A DNA stretch of 64,000 bases from an uncultured Alphaproteobacteria bacterium (GTDB taxonomy: Bacteria; Pseudomonadota; Alphaproteobacteria; Rs-D84): positions 79,427-143,426 of the forward strand of contig CALXML010000001.1 in the NCBI GenBank assembly GCA_944389465.1. The letters are read 5' to 3'. The notes beneath the pieces are model-generated. The model ran no database searches. It worked only from the letters and a program-made list of their open reading frames with translations, and had not been told where the DNA came from. The position numbers and the translations under genes are program-made. This document shows, piece by piece, positions 19,224 through 29,020 of this stretch; the first letter of the stretch is position 1; each line of letters starts with the position of its first letter.

Positions 19224-19774
19224 ATGAAAAATCGTGTGTTTATTTGGGGCGTGGCTTTTGCGTGCGCCTGTGTTGGCAATGTTGTTGGGCGAACATGCAC
19301 CAGTTCTGTAAATATACAATGTCCGGTTACAGCGGGTGCAGCAAGTTGTTGCCGTATGTTGAATGAAACCTGTGCAGAGGCGGGCTGTGGCGGTACATCT
19401 GGTGGGGGGATGTGGAAGATTGCGACCCGTGTCCTGCGGCTGAATTGACATGGACGGTAAATCGCTTGTATGGCTTTCAGTACAGAATTTCTGGGTATAT
19501 GCAGGATGCAATAACATGCCGTTGTACACCACAATATATCACGCAATGCATAGCAGGCCGATACGGATTAAGCGTGATAACCACGAACAATATACCAACG
19601 GCTGATGAGGTGGATTGTAAATTTTGTCCGTCTGCTGGTGGGCGGATAAATCCGGCAACATCTGTGGCGGGGAAAAATAATCTTATAACGTCTTGTTATA
19701 TACCGGCCAATGCAACGGGCAGTGATGATACGGGCACGTTTACGGTCAGTAATGATTGTTATTATACAGAATAA
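19224..19774 (+). pseudogene. Cysteine-rich family member with the conserved CYY tail, interrupted by a frameshift in a G6 tract (19404-19409). Either phase-variable or a pseudogene.
   Basis: ATG 19224 with aaaggg RBS encodes the signal peptide MKNRVFIWGVAFACACVG... and the frame closes at 19448. ORF 19412..19774 in another frame ends ...CYIPANATGSDDTGTFTVSNDCYYTE. Adding one G to ggtgggggga gives a continuous ...SGGGDVEDCDPCP... protein. Confidence 0.55.
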
Positions 19775-19778
19775 AAAA

Positions 19779-19803
19779 ATCGCCCAATTGGGCGGTTTTT
19801 TAT
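19779..19803. terminator. Bidirectional intrinsic terminator (between the cysteine-rich gene and convergent rpsT)
   Basis: cgcccaattgggcg palindrome flanked by A-run and T-run. Confidence 0.8.
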
Positions 19804-19826
19804 TTCAGAATCCTGTGGCGAATAAT

Positions 19827-20087
19827 TTACGCCATTTTTGCAACGCGTTTGGTCAGACGTGAAACCCGACGTGCGGCACGCTTTTTGGGCATAACCTTGC
19901 CCACGGATTTCATAATACGACTTTCTGCGTTACGAGCAGCGATTGTTGCCGCGGCCTTATCGCCAGATTCAACAGCAACCAATACCTTTTTCGTCGCTGT
20001 TTTAACAGCACTGCGACGTGAATTATTAACGGCGTTTTTCTTTGCCGTTACCAGAATTCTTTTTTTAGATGACTTGTGATTTGCCAC
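19827..20087 (-). CDS. rpsT: 30S ribosomal protein S20
   Basis: 86 aa, basic. MANHKSSKKRILVTAKKNAVNNSRRSAVKTA... is a typical S20 sequence. Confidence 0.9.
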   Translation of the reverse strand: MANHKSSKKRILVTAKKNAVNNSRRSAVKTATKKVLVAVESGDKAAATIAARNAESRIMKSVGKVMPKKRAARRVSRLTKRVAKMA

Positions 20088-20160
20088 TTTATTTTCCTTT
20101 TATTTAGTCACGTTTTCTGATATTTTATAGAAAACAAACATAAAATCAAGGAAAAATAAA

Positions 20161-20769
20161 ATGATAACTGATGGTTTTTCTGTTATTGCCATTGTCGCAA
20201 TAATTATTTCTTATCTGTTGGGTTCAATTCCAATGGGATTAATTTTAACAAAACTGATGGGCAAGGGTGACCTGCGTCAGGTGGGCAGTGGTAATATTGG
20301 CGCAACAAATGTTATGCGCGTCGGTGGTTTGCGTGCTGCCGCATTAACATGGGTTTTAGATATGGCCAAGGCAATCGCCGCTGTTTTAATTGGTATTGCC
20401 GTTGGCGGAACTGCGTTTGGTGCGTGGTGTGGATTTGCCGCAATTGTGGGGCATTGTTATCCAGTGTGGCTGCGTTTCCGCGGGGGCAAGGGGATTTCTT
20501 CGCTGTTTGGGGTGTTGTTATCTGTGTCACCGTTGGCGTTTATTACGTGCGGGGTTGAATGGTTAATTGTTGCGTTGACATCTGGGTATTCTTCGCTGGG
20601 GGCGGTGGTTGCGTTTTGCCTGATGCCGGTGTTGGGATTTGTTATTGATGTTCAGGTGGGGTGGCCATTTTTGGCAATTGCGTTATTATGTTTGTGGCGG
20701 CATCGTTCAAACATAGGACGGTTAATCCATGGCACTGAATCCAAGATAGAATGGAAGTGGAAAAAATAA
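20161..20769 (+). CDS. plsY: Glycerol-3-phosphate acyltransferase PlsY
   Basis: 202 aa membrane protein. LGSIPMGLI...GSGNIGATNVMRVGG matches the PlsY family. Confidence 0.85.
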   Translation: MITDGFSVIAIVAIIISYLLGSIPMGLILTKLMGKGDLRQVGSGNIGATNVMRVGGLRAAALTWVLDMAKAIAAVLIGIAVGGTAFGAWCGFAAIVGHCYPVWLRFRGGKGISSLFGVLLSVSPLAFITCGVEWLIVALTSGYSSLGAVVAFCLMPVLGFVIDVQVGWPFLAIALLCLWRHRSNIGRLIHGTESKIEWKWKK

Positions 20770-20775
20770 AAATAA

Positions 20776-20801
20776 AACGTCGCTTTGTGCGACGTTTTAT
20801 T
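20776..20801 (+). terminator. Intrinsic terminator after plsY
   Basis: aacgtcgc/gcgacgtt hairpin followed by tttt. Confidence 0.65.
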
Positions 20802-20878
20802 GTGTCTGATGCGTATTTATTCTTTATTTTTTATGCTGTTTATGGTATAATGGTGGCAAATAAAACAGGGAAAGAGAG

Positions 20879-21799
20879 ATGAAAAATTTTATTGCCATCG
20901 CGACAATTTGTTTGATTTCTGTGCCGGCATTGGCGTTAACGCCGGCCGGTCAATCCAGACGTTCCATGGCGTCACAAATGGTTATGGCCGCGCCACGGGC
21001 AACAAATCAAGATGTGGCAAATGCTGATGTGTCCGCTGATGAAGCGGCACGCGCAACCGCGTCAACAAATCAAATTACCGCCATGGCAAATGCAAATGGG
21101 GTTACAACTGCGGGGATGTCCAGTATTCGTGTGCCGGTGCCTGATAATTTTGGCGATAATAATTCCGGTGGTGATGATGGCGATGACAATGATGATGACG
21201 CCCAATGGGAAAAACAAAAGCAGGCCTGTTTAAGCAACAATATTGGTATGAGTAATACTTTTGTTTGGGCATCGCGTTACAGCAATACTAATAATTACGC
21301 CACAATGGTAGAGGATGTAAGCAACCCTGAAAACAATGTATGTTTCGTTTTAGTAGAGGTAAAGTCTGCGGATTCTAAAATCAATGTTTCTGATGTGCCG
21401 ACAAAATATTTCCAAATGGGGCAAAATATTACCTGTGGCAGTTGGGCGGACGAAGAAACATTGCGTCAAAGAATTTTGGATGCCAAGAAAACTGGTCGTA
21501 CATGGGCAACTGTGGGCGGCGCGGTTGGTGGGGCTGGTATTGGTGTTGGTTTAATGGAATTGTTTGGTAACCGTCTGATTGGTGGTGCGGTTATGGGACA
21601 AAAGCAATATGACACAGGCAGTGATGAACAAATACTGGCACAATTACGTGCGTTAAGAAATCAACATCCTGCTGAATTTGACGAATTTATTGACGCGTTA
21701 AAGATTGTGGAAAAAGAATGTGAAAATTGGACTGGGGATAATAAACCAGAAGAATGTGATGCATTTAATTATGAATATCTGAAAAATGCGGCTAATTAA
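20879..21799 (+). CDS. Hypothetical secreted protein with an acidic tract and a glycine-zipper segment
   Basis: Signal peptide MKNFIAIATICLISVPALA. Contains GGDDGDDNDDD and a VGGAVGGAGIGVGL segment. RBS gggaaagagag. Confidence 0.5.
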   Translation: MKNFIAIATICLISVPALALTPAGQSRRSMASQMVMAAPRATNQDVANADVSADEAARATASTNQITAMANANGVTTAGMSSIRVPVPDNFGDNNSGGDDGDDNDDDAQWEKQKQACLSNNIGMSNTFVWASRYSNTNNYATMVEDVSNPENNVCFVLVEVKSADSKINVSDVPTKYFQMGQNITCGSWADEETLRQRILDAKKTGRTWATVGGAVGGAGIGVGLMELFGNRLIGGAVMGQKQYDTGSDEQILAQLRALRNQHPAEFDEFIDALKIVEKECENWTGDNKPEECDAFNYEYLKNAAN

Positions 21800-21824
21800 T
21801 TCTGTACAAATTTGGTCAATTTAT

Positions 21825-21853
21825 ATCCCACGATGAAATCGTGGGATTTTTTA
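21825..21853 (+). terminator. Intrinsic terminator
   Basis: tcccacgat/atcgtggga hairpin followed by tttttt. Confidence 0.75.
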
Positions 21854-21900
21854 TAAAATAATGCTTTTAATATATGTGCTTATTTTCTTATAGTGAAATT

Positions 21901-22929
21901 ATGAATGATAAAGATTTGTTTAATAAACTGTTGATACTGCGTACGCCAAAAATAGGGCCGGTAAAGTATAATGATTTAATACAAACCTTTGGTGGAATTG
22001 ACGGGGCAATTGATGCGATGCGACCGGATGGGACTTTACGTGATTCGGTGCTGCGTGAAATGGAACGCGCCCAAAAATTAAATATACATTATATATCTGA
22101 TGATATGGATGAATATCCGGTGATGTTGCGGAAAATAAAAAATCATCCGCCTGTTATATCTGTGCGGGGAAATGTGGACACGTTGCGACAACGCAGTGTT
22201 GGAATTGTTGGTACGCGTCATGCAACAGCAACAGGGCTGCGATTCGTTGCAGATATGGGGTGTGCCTTTGCTGCGCACGGGGTGGCGGTTGTTTCCGGTA
22301 TGGCAATGGGGACAGATACGGCCGCGCATGTGGGTGCATTGCGTGCGGATGGTAATGCGCAAACAATTGCTGTTTTGGCCGGTGGTGTTGATAATGTATG
22401 GCCACTGGAAAACGAATCGTTGTATTGGGAAATTGTTGCGCGTGGTGCGGTTGTCAGTGAAATGCCGGTTGGCTTTTCGCCCAAGGCGCAAAATTTCGTG
22501 CAACGAAATCATTTAATTGCAGGTATCGCAGAACAATTAATTCTGGGCGAAGCAGATATGAAATCTGGCAGTATGACAACTGCGCGATTCGCAATAGGGG
22601 CGAATCGCCCATTATGGGCAATTCCGTCGCATCCCGCAGATTTACGGGCCGCCGGTCCAAATTCGTTAATAAAATCGGGCGCGGCAAAATTATGCAGTGG
22701 TGTTGCAGACTTTTTTACAGATGAAAAAAATTCATCTGATAATAAAAAAAATGAAAAAATTTCTGATTCGGAAAATCCTGTTTTGGATGCATTGGGAACA
22801 ATTCCTGTGTCTGAATCTGTATTGTCAGAAATTGTCAAAAAAACAATTTCGGAAATAAAATCAATTCTGGTTGTTATGGAATTGCAGGGATTGGTGCGTA
22901 AAGTTGACGGTGGATATGTTCGTGTGTGA
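21901..22929 (+). CDS. dprA: DNA processing protein DprA (Smf)
   Basis: Rossmann-like core GIVGTRHAT...VVSGMAMGTDTAAH...GGVDNVWP is typical of DprA. The start is taken at MNDKDLF. The ORF-track start at 21874 abuts the upstream terminator. Confidence 0.8.
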   Translation: MNDKDLFNKLLILRTPKIGPVKYNDLIQTFGGIDGAIDAMRPDGTLRDSVLREMERAQKLNIHYISDDMDEYPVMLRKIKNHPPVISVRGNVDTLRQRSVGIVGTRHATATGLRFVADMGCAFAAHGVAVVSGMAMGTDTAAHVGALRADGNAQTIAVLAGGVDNVWPLENESLYWEIVARGAVVSEMPVGFSPKAQNFVQRNHLIAGIAEQLILGEADMKSGSMTTARFAIGANRPLWAIPSHPADLRAAGPNSLIKSGAAKLCSGVADFFTDEKNSSDNKKNEKISDSENPVLDALGTIPVSESVLSEIVKKTISEIKSILVVMELQGLVRKVDGGYVRV

Positions 22930-23301
22930 AAAAAATCTTGTCTATACATTGTATATACAAAGCGCGGAAAACTGGCAAAAAAACGAATCGTTGTCAAAAA
23001 ATAAATGTTCAAAAATTGTTTAACAATTGGTTGCAAAACGGGATTAATCATTTAACTTAAGTGACGTATCCAAAAACGATTGAGAGTAAATCCCAATCAA
23101 AAAACAAAACGGTGGGTAACAACAGTTATTCATCACCACAAAGCGAGAGAGTTAAAAGTAGGGCAAATACATAAACACTAAATTTTTATGTCGCGAATTT
23201 AAATATATATCGCAGTAAAATTTAGCGTTTATGTGCAGGTGATTTTTATACTCTGACGCATATGGACACTCTTTTGAGAAGGGAAGGAAAGGAGAAAAAA
23301 T

Positions 23302-24594
23302 ATGATGCAGGCAGCGGCGAAAAAAGTAATGACAAACTTGGATGAAATCAAGGGGGCCATCGCCGCGAAAATGGATTCTGCTGCATTTACTTCTTGGATT
23401 GCGCCGTTACAGTTTGATGTTTGTGATGATGTATTGGTGTTGACTGCGCAAAATCAATTTTCTGCTGATATTATTGGTTCTGTACATAAAAATGTTTTAA
23501 CATCCGTTGCCGCGCAATTTGGTTTGGCGGTAAAAATTGCAGTACGTGGCGCAAATGTTTCAGCCACGCAAATTGCAAATGATAATAACGTTCAATCCTT
23601 TGCACCGGCGGCGTCTGTTGCAACCACACACAATGCGTCCGCCACCGCGTTTGATACGTTCGTATGTTGTGATGAAAATGCGTTTGTGTTATCAGCATGT
23701 AAAAAATTAGCGGCGGGCACGGTATCTTTTTCCCCGCTGTTTATTTATGGGCCGGCCGGTTGCGGCAAATCATTATTGGCGGATTGCATTGAAAGTGCAT
23801 CTGCGGGTCGCACAATTAAAATGTCTGGTGGGCAATTTGTTTCTGAATTTACACGCAGTTTGCACGACAGAACCGTTTTCGCATTCAAAGATTTTTGCCG
23901 TAATTGCGAAACTTTTATTCTGGATGATGTTCAGGCATTGGCCGGAAAACGTGCAACATGTGAAGAATTTGCCCAATTGGTTATGGATTTGCGCGCGGCG
24001 GGCAAAAACATTGTTTTGACTGCAAATGTCGCGCCCAGCAATTTGAATGGTTTTGACCGTCGTATTCAATCGTTGTTGGCGTCTGGTTTGGTTGCAGATG
24101 TTGCCGCGCCAAATCAAAATGTAAAACGCGTTATGTTGATGCGTGCGGGTGTGGCGGCGGATGTCGCAGATGCAATCGCGGCACGTATTGCGGGTGATGG
24201 GCATTTGGTCGGTGGCGTTGCAATGAAAATCAAAACATATGCTGAATTGATGGGAACAAATGTTACAATGGATGTTGCCCAGCATTTGTTGGCTGATACA
24301 TTGCAGAAATCAAAAACACCAATTGCAATGGTAAAGGTAATGTGTGAAAAATTGGGCGTTTCATATGATGCAGTATGTGGCAAGGGGCGCAGCCGCGCGG
24401 TTGTGTTGGCACGTCAAATGATGATGGCAACGTTGAAAATCGCAACAAATATGTCACTGACGGAAATTGGTCGTGTATGTGGTGACCGTGACCATGCAAC
24501 AGTTGTATATGCGATTTCACAAATTGAAAAATTAAAAACTTCTGATTTGGTTTTGGCCGCACAAATTAATCAATTGGTTGCCGAATGCAAATAA
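23302..24594 (+). CDS. dnaA: Chromosomal replication initiator DnaA (divergent Walker A)
   Basis: 430 aa. AAA+ domain with LFIYGPAGCGKSLL and Walker B FILDDVQ. The C-terminal DnaA DNA-binding signature region (RSRAVVLARQMMMA...LTEIGRVCGDRDHATVVYAISQIE) is present. GGAAAGGAG RBS. Confidence 0.7.
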   Translation: MMQAAAKKVMTNLDEIKGAIAAKMDSAAFTSWIAPLQFDVCDDVLVLTAQNQFSADIIGSVHKNVLTSVAAQFGLAVKIAVRGANVSATQIANDNNVQSFAPAASVATTHNASATAFDTFVCCDENAFVLSACKKLAAGTVSFSPLFIYGPAGCGKSLLADCIESASAGRTIKMSGGQFVSEFTRSLHDRTVFAFKDFCRNCETFILDDVQALAGKRATCEEFAQLVMDLRAAGKNIVLTANVAPSNLNGFDRRIQSLLASGLVADVAAPNQNVKRVMLMRAGVAADVADAIAARIAGDGHLVGGVAMKIKTYAELMGTNVTMDVAQHLLADTLQKSKTPIAMVKVMCEKLGVSYDAVCGKGRSRAVVLARQMMMATLKIATNMSLTEIGRVCGDRDHATVVYAISQIEKLKTSDLVLAAQINQLVAECK

Positions 24595-24748
24595 TTAAAT
24601 ATCAATGCCGCAAATGCGGCACTTGTTTTTGTATTGGTAATTTCATTGTTGGAATTACGCAGAAAATATGATAAAATGTACACAATGAATGTAATGTGAC
24701 AATGCCAAAATAACCCAACCTTTATTTTCGGCATGAATGGGGGGACAT

Positions 24749-26212
24749 ATGAAAAAAATATTATTATTCATAGTGGCGTTTTGCGGTGTTACAGTGTTAT
24801 CGCATAATGCGGATGCAAAATGTACTTTGTTAAGTTGTGGTGATACAAGTTTTTTTGACCCTAATGGCTGGATTACCGCAGATGTTGGTCATAATCAGTG
24901 TTGGTTTTGCGGGCCTGGGCCAAATTCTTGCAGTGATGGCGACGTTGTCCCGTATCTTGATGGTGTTGGGGATGTAATTGGGTTGTCCCAATGTGCAACT
25001 GGTTTTACAAATAGATTTGAAAATTATGAGCCCGGATATTTTTGTAGTAATTCAGAATTGCAATCAGGCGGTGGCCTTAGTGGCATTAGTTTAGATAATG
25101 CAAAGAAAACATATCGTATTGATGGTGATGCGACTTCTTCGTTTAGTTTGGGTGATTTGGATGCCTTTATTGGTCGGGCATCTTGCATATATATAAAATG
25201 TAATGATGGTTATATGCCGAATGCTGATAAATCTGCTTGTATAAAGGATAATCGTGAATCGCGTTGTACATCAACTGGTGGAACGTGGAATGGCAGTGCA
25301 TGTACTTGTGCCACATCAAAAAATCTTAAGTTGACATCTGATGGGGCGGCGTGTGAATGTGTAAGTTCTGATTATGAATTTGATTCCGCGACCAAGCAAT
25401 GTAATAAAAAGAAATCTGTCATAGACGAAGAGAATCGTCGTCGCCAGCAAGAGGAACAAAACCGCCTGAATCAACAACGCAAGGCCGCGTGTGAACAATC
25501 TGGTGGCACGTGGGCAAACAATCAATGCTCTTGCGACGGGACCAAGAATTTACGTGTGGAAAACAATGTTTGCGTATGTTTAGACGATGAAAACTATGTA
25601 CGCAATGGAGACAGATGTGATTTAACATCTGCGGCCGCATTGCAACAAAAATGCACATCACCGGACAGTCTGGCATCAGGTGCATATTGGGATGATGTTA
25701 ATAAACAATGTCGCTGTACAAATCAACAATATACTTGGAACGGCAGTGTATGTGCAATGAACCCAGCAATACAAAAGTGTTTATTGATTACTGGGGCAAA
25801 TTGGAATTATACAACTGGCCAGTGTTATTGTATGGAAGTTGGAAAAACATTTAATCCCGAGGGTACGGCCTGTGTGGATGCTACATCCGGTGGTTCAACA
25901 GTACCAAGCCCATCACCAGATGATGGCCAAGCCGCATCGCGGGCAAAGATAGAGCAAGCAGTTGCCAAGATGGAAGAAATAGCATCTGGCATGAAACTGA
26001 CGGTGTGGCGTAATGACGAGGGCAAGTTTAACACATCGCGTCTGTTATCAGATTCTATTGCAGGTGTTGTATTGGGAACGGCAGGAGGATTAATAACCAG
26101 TAACGTAGTAAAAAAGAATAACATAGAAGACGGATTTGAAGATATACAATGCACCATAGGAGGCCAAGTAGTTGCCGGATGGGGTGATGAGTTCCGCGTC
26201 GGTATCCAATAA
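24749..26212 (+). CDS. Cysteine-rich repeat secreted protein with a coiled-coil insert and a C-terminal hydrophobic anchor (family member, different tail)
   Basis: Signal peptide MKKILLFIVAFCGVTVLSHNADA. Repeated TWNGSxCxC modules. EENRRRQQEEQNRLNQQRK coiled coil. C-terminal IAGVVLGTAGGLITSNVV hydrophobic segment. The G6 run serves as the SD sequence. Confidence 0.6.
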   Translation: MKKILLFIVAFCGVTVLSHNADAKCTLLSCGDTSFFDPNGWITADVGHNQCWFCGPGPNSCSDGDVVPYLDGVGDVIGLSQCATGFTNRFENYEPGYFCSNSELQSGGGLSGISLDNAKKTYRIDGDATSSFSLGDLDAFIGRASCIYIKCNDGYMPNADKSACIKDNRESRCTSTGGTWNGSACTCATSKNLKLTSDGAACECVSSDYEFDSATKQCNKKKSVIDEENRRRQQEEQNRLNQQRKAACEQSGGTWANNQCSCDGTKNLRVENNVCVCLDDENYVRNGDRCDLTSAAALQQKCTSPDSLASGAYWDDVNKQCRCTNQQYTWNGSVCAMNPAIQKCLLITGANWNYTTGQCYCMEVGKTFNPEGTACVDATSGGSTVPSPSPDDGQAASRAKIEQAVAKMEEIASGMKLTVWRNDEGKFNTSRLLSDSIAGVVLGTAGGLITSNVVKKNNIEDGFEDIQCTIGGQVVAGWGDEFRVGIQ

Positions 26213-26235
26213 GAAAGTAAGATGGGGAAAACGTA

Positions 26236-26269
26236 AACACCGGACATAAAGTCCGGTGTTGGTTTTTTG
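26236..26269. terminator. Bidirectional intrinsic terminator
   Basis: acaccggac/gtccggtgt hairpin followed by tggtttttt. Confidence 0.75.
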
Positions 26270-26283
26270 TAATTGTAATACGC

Positions 26284-26775
26284 TTATTTTTGTTGTTCCT
26301 TGACAGCGCGTAAAATTCTGTCACGGATTAACATTTGACGTGTTAAATCCTTGCGCGAGGCATGATTTAAACGTGCAACAAAATCAACAACGTCGCTGCG
26401 GCACATAATTTCATTTGTTGGGAACAACATTGCAACGGGTTCAAATGTATCCTTGTCCAGATATTCAATGATTGTACTGGCCAATTTTTCGCCCATAATT
26501 GGTTTTAATGTATCAAATGCAGAAATCATATTTTGGGCTGCTGGGTTTGGAAATTGGTCACATTCCATCCAACCCGTGGTATTTTGAACGGGTTTGCCGT
26601 TCAGTGTTATCACAGGCAGTGGTGTGGAACGGCACATTTCAAAAGATTGCAGGTTGGCTATAATGCCGGATATTTTTACAACGTATGTGTTCTTTTTCTT
26701 TTTGGTTTTGTGTTCTGGTTGGGTGGCTGGGGCTGGTTGTTCAGCCGGTATCAATGCACCTTGGGTTTTTGACAT
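26284..26775 (-). CDS. Hypothetical protein (163 aa), Lys-rich N-terminus
   Basis: Long ORF upstream of parE on the same strand. No family recognised. Confidence 0.45.
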   Translation of the reverse strand: MSKTQGALIPAEQPAPATQPEHKTKKKKNTYVVKISGIIANLQSFEMCRSTPLPVITLNGKPVQNTTGWMECDQFPNPAAQNMISAFDTLKPIMGEKLASTIIEYLDKDTFEPVAMLFPTNEIMCRSDVVDFVARLNHASRKDLTRQMLIRDRILRAVKEQQK

Positions 26776-26881
26776 AATTTATCCTTATTGTTTGTTTCGG
26801 TTAAAATATAATACAAAAAATTAAATTGTCAATATTATATTTGGTGGTTCGGTCCAGTATAAAATATTTATGTTGGGTTTA

Positions 26882-28861
26882 CTATACGAATAAATCCTTT
26901 ACAAATTGGGCGTGTTCAGTGATGAATTTAAAACGAAATTCAGGCTTTTTACCCATTAATTCGGAAACAATTGTGCGTGTTTTTTCGGTATCTTCGGCAC
27001 CGTCATCTGTGCGTGGGGGCAAATCCACACGTATCAGTCGGCGCGTTTTGGGGGACATGGTGGTTTCCTTTAATTGATTAGGCATCATTTCACCCAGTCC
27101 CTTGAACCGTGATATTTCAACTTTTTTATTTTTGTATTTTGTGTTTTTTAATTGTTCCAATTGTTCATCAGTATCAACATAAACCGATTCGGTGCCACAT
27201 GTTAATTTATACAGTGGTGGACAGGATAAATACAGGTGGCCGCCATAAATCAGTTGTGGCATAACCTGATAAAAAAACGCCATCAACAGGGATGCAATGT
27301 GACTGCCGTCAACGTCGGCATCGGTCATAACGATTATTTTTTCATAACGTAATTTATTTTCATCCCAATCGCGGGCGGTGCCGGCACCAATAATGTCAAT
27401 TAATTCATTTAATTCCTTGTTCGCGCTGAATCGTTCGTCGGAATTAGATATAACATTTAATACCTTGCCACGCAGGGGCATAATAGCCTGAGTTGTGCGG
27501 TCGCGTGCCTGTTTGGCGGTGCCACCGGCGGATTCGCCCTCTACTATAAACAATTCTGTGCCGGCGATACCATGTTTGGAACAGTCCGCCAATTTTGCCG
27601 GCATACGAATGCGTTTGGTTGGGGTTTTGCGGGCAATTTCCTTGACCTGTTTGGTTTTTATGCGGGCGTTCGCCAAATTTACAACGAAATCCAAGACTGC
27701 ATTTGCGGTCTTTGGGTCGGATGCCAAAAATATTTCCCATGGGTCACGCAATGCATTTTCTGTAAAGCGTGCAATTTCTGGGTTGGATAATTTTTCCTTG
27801 GTCTGGCCCAAGAATTGTGGTGTTTTATAAAATACTGATACGATTGCCGCAACAGAATCAAATACGTCATCGCTGATAATGGATGCGGCGGATTTATTAT
27901 TTACCTTGTCCCCGTATGCCTTTAGGCCGCGGGTTATTGCGGATTTGAATCCTGTTTCGTGGGTGCCGCCATCAATTGTTGCGATTGTGTTACAATATGA
28001 TGCAAAAAATCCATCGTCTGATGCCGCACCATTTTCATCTGTTAAAAATGTTAATGCCCATTCAACGCGACCGGAATCATCAGGAAAATCAACCGTGCCA
28101 CTGAATATTTTGGGTAAAATGCGTGGTTTGTCGCGTGTTTTTTCATCCAGAAAATCGGCCACACCATTTGGATAGTAAAATTCAGTTTGTGCGGGGATGT
28201 TCATATCATCGGTTAATAATTCCGGATTGCAAATCCAATCAACACGCACCCCGCGTGACAAAAATGATTTGGCCCGCGCCATACGATAAATTTTTACAGG
28301 TTTAAACACGGCGTTTGCGCCAAAAATTTCATCGTCAATTGTAAATCTGATTTTTGTGCCGTGGTTTTTGGTTGGTGCACCACGGGTCATTTTACTGGTT
28401 GGTTTGCCACGTGAAAAAGTTTGGCACCATTCGTACCCGTCGCGTGAAATAGTCACAATCATTTCAGATGACAGGGCGTTTACAACTGAACTGCCCACAC
28501 CATGCAGACCACCACTGGTTTTATACACATTGTTATTAAATTTTCCGCCCGAATGCAGGGTGGTTAAAATAACCTCTAGTGCGGATTTTCCGGGGAACTT
28601 GGGATGTTCGTCAACCGGAATACCACGACCATCGTCGGTTATTTCAATTGTTTTTGCGTCTATTAAATTAACTGTGATTTTTTTGGCAAAGCCGGCGACA
28701 GCCTCGTCAATAGAATTATCCATAATTTCAATAGGCAGGTGATGCCATGCCTTTTCATCTGTGCCACCAATGTACATACCGGGACGCAGGCGAACGGGTT
28801 CCAGACCCTCTAGTACCTGAATGTCAGACGCATCATAAGAATGTGTATTTTGTTCAACCAT
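26882..28861 (-). CDS. parE: DNA topoisomerase IV subunit B (ParE; a GyrB paralogue is less likely given the length)
   Basis: 659 aa. GHKL ATPase N-terminus (LEGLEPVRLRPGMYIGGTD), Toprim region with EGESAGG and PLRGK(V)LNV. The size fits ParE rather than GyrB. Confidence 0.8.
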   Translation of the reverse strand: MVEQNTHSYDASDIQVLEGLEPVRLRPGMYIGGTDEKAWHHLPIEIMDNSIDEAVAGFAKKITVNLIDAKTIEITDDGRGIPVDEHPKFPGKSALEVILTTLHSGGKFNNNVYKTSGGLHGVGSSVVNALSSEMIVTISRDGYEWCQTFSRGKPTSKMTRGAPTKNHGTKIRFTIDDEIFGANAVFKPVKIYRMARAKSFLSRGVRVDWICNPELLTDDMNIPAQTEFYYPNGVADFLDEKTRDKPRILPKIFSGTVDFPDDSGRVEWALTFLTDENGAASDDGFFASYCNTIATIDGGTHETGFKSAITRGLKAYGDKVNNKSAASIISDDVFDSVAAIVSVFYKTPQFLGQTKEKLSNPEIARFTENALRDPWEIFLASDPKTANAVLDFVVNLANARIKTKQVKEIARKTPTKRIRMPAKLADCSKHGIAGTELFIVEGESAGGTAKQARDRTTQAIMPLRGKVLNVISNSDERFSANKELNELIDIIGAGTARDWDENKLRYEKIIVMTDADVDGSHIASLLMAFFYQVMPQLIYGGHLYLSCPPLYKLTCGTESVYVDTDEQLEQLKNTKYKNKKVEISRFKGLGEMMPNQLKETTMSPKTRRLIRVDLPPRTDDGAEDTEKTRTIVSELMGKKPEFRFKFITEHAQFVKDLFV

Positions 28862-29020
28862 AGCACAATATTATTAGTACATTTTGGCCAGTCTTGCAAG
28901 TGAAACTATTTATTTTATATGTGTTTCAGGCGGTTTTGTCAGGATTTTATTTTTATAACCTTGATTTTTATATTATTATATCTATATATTTGTGGACATA
29001 AGAATTATGGAATAACGAAA

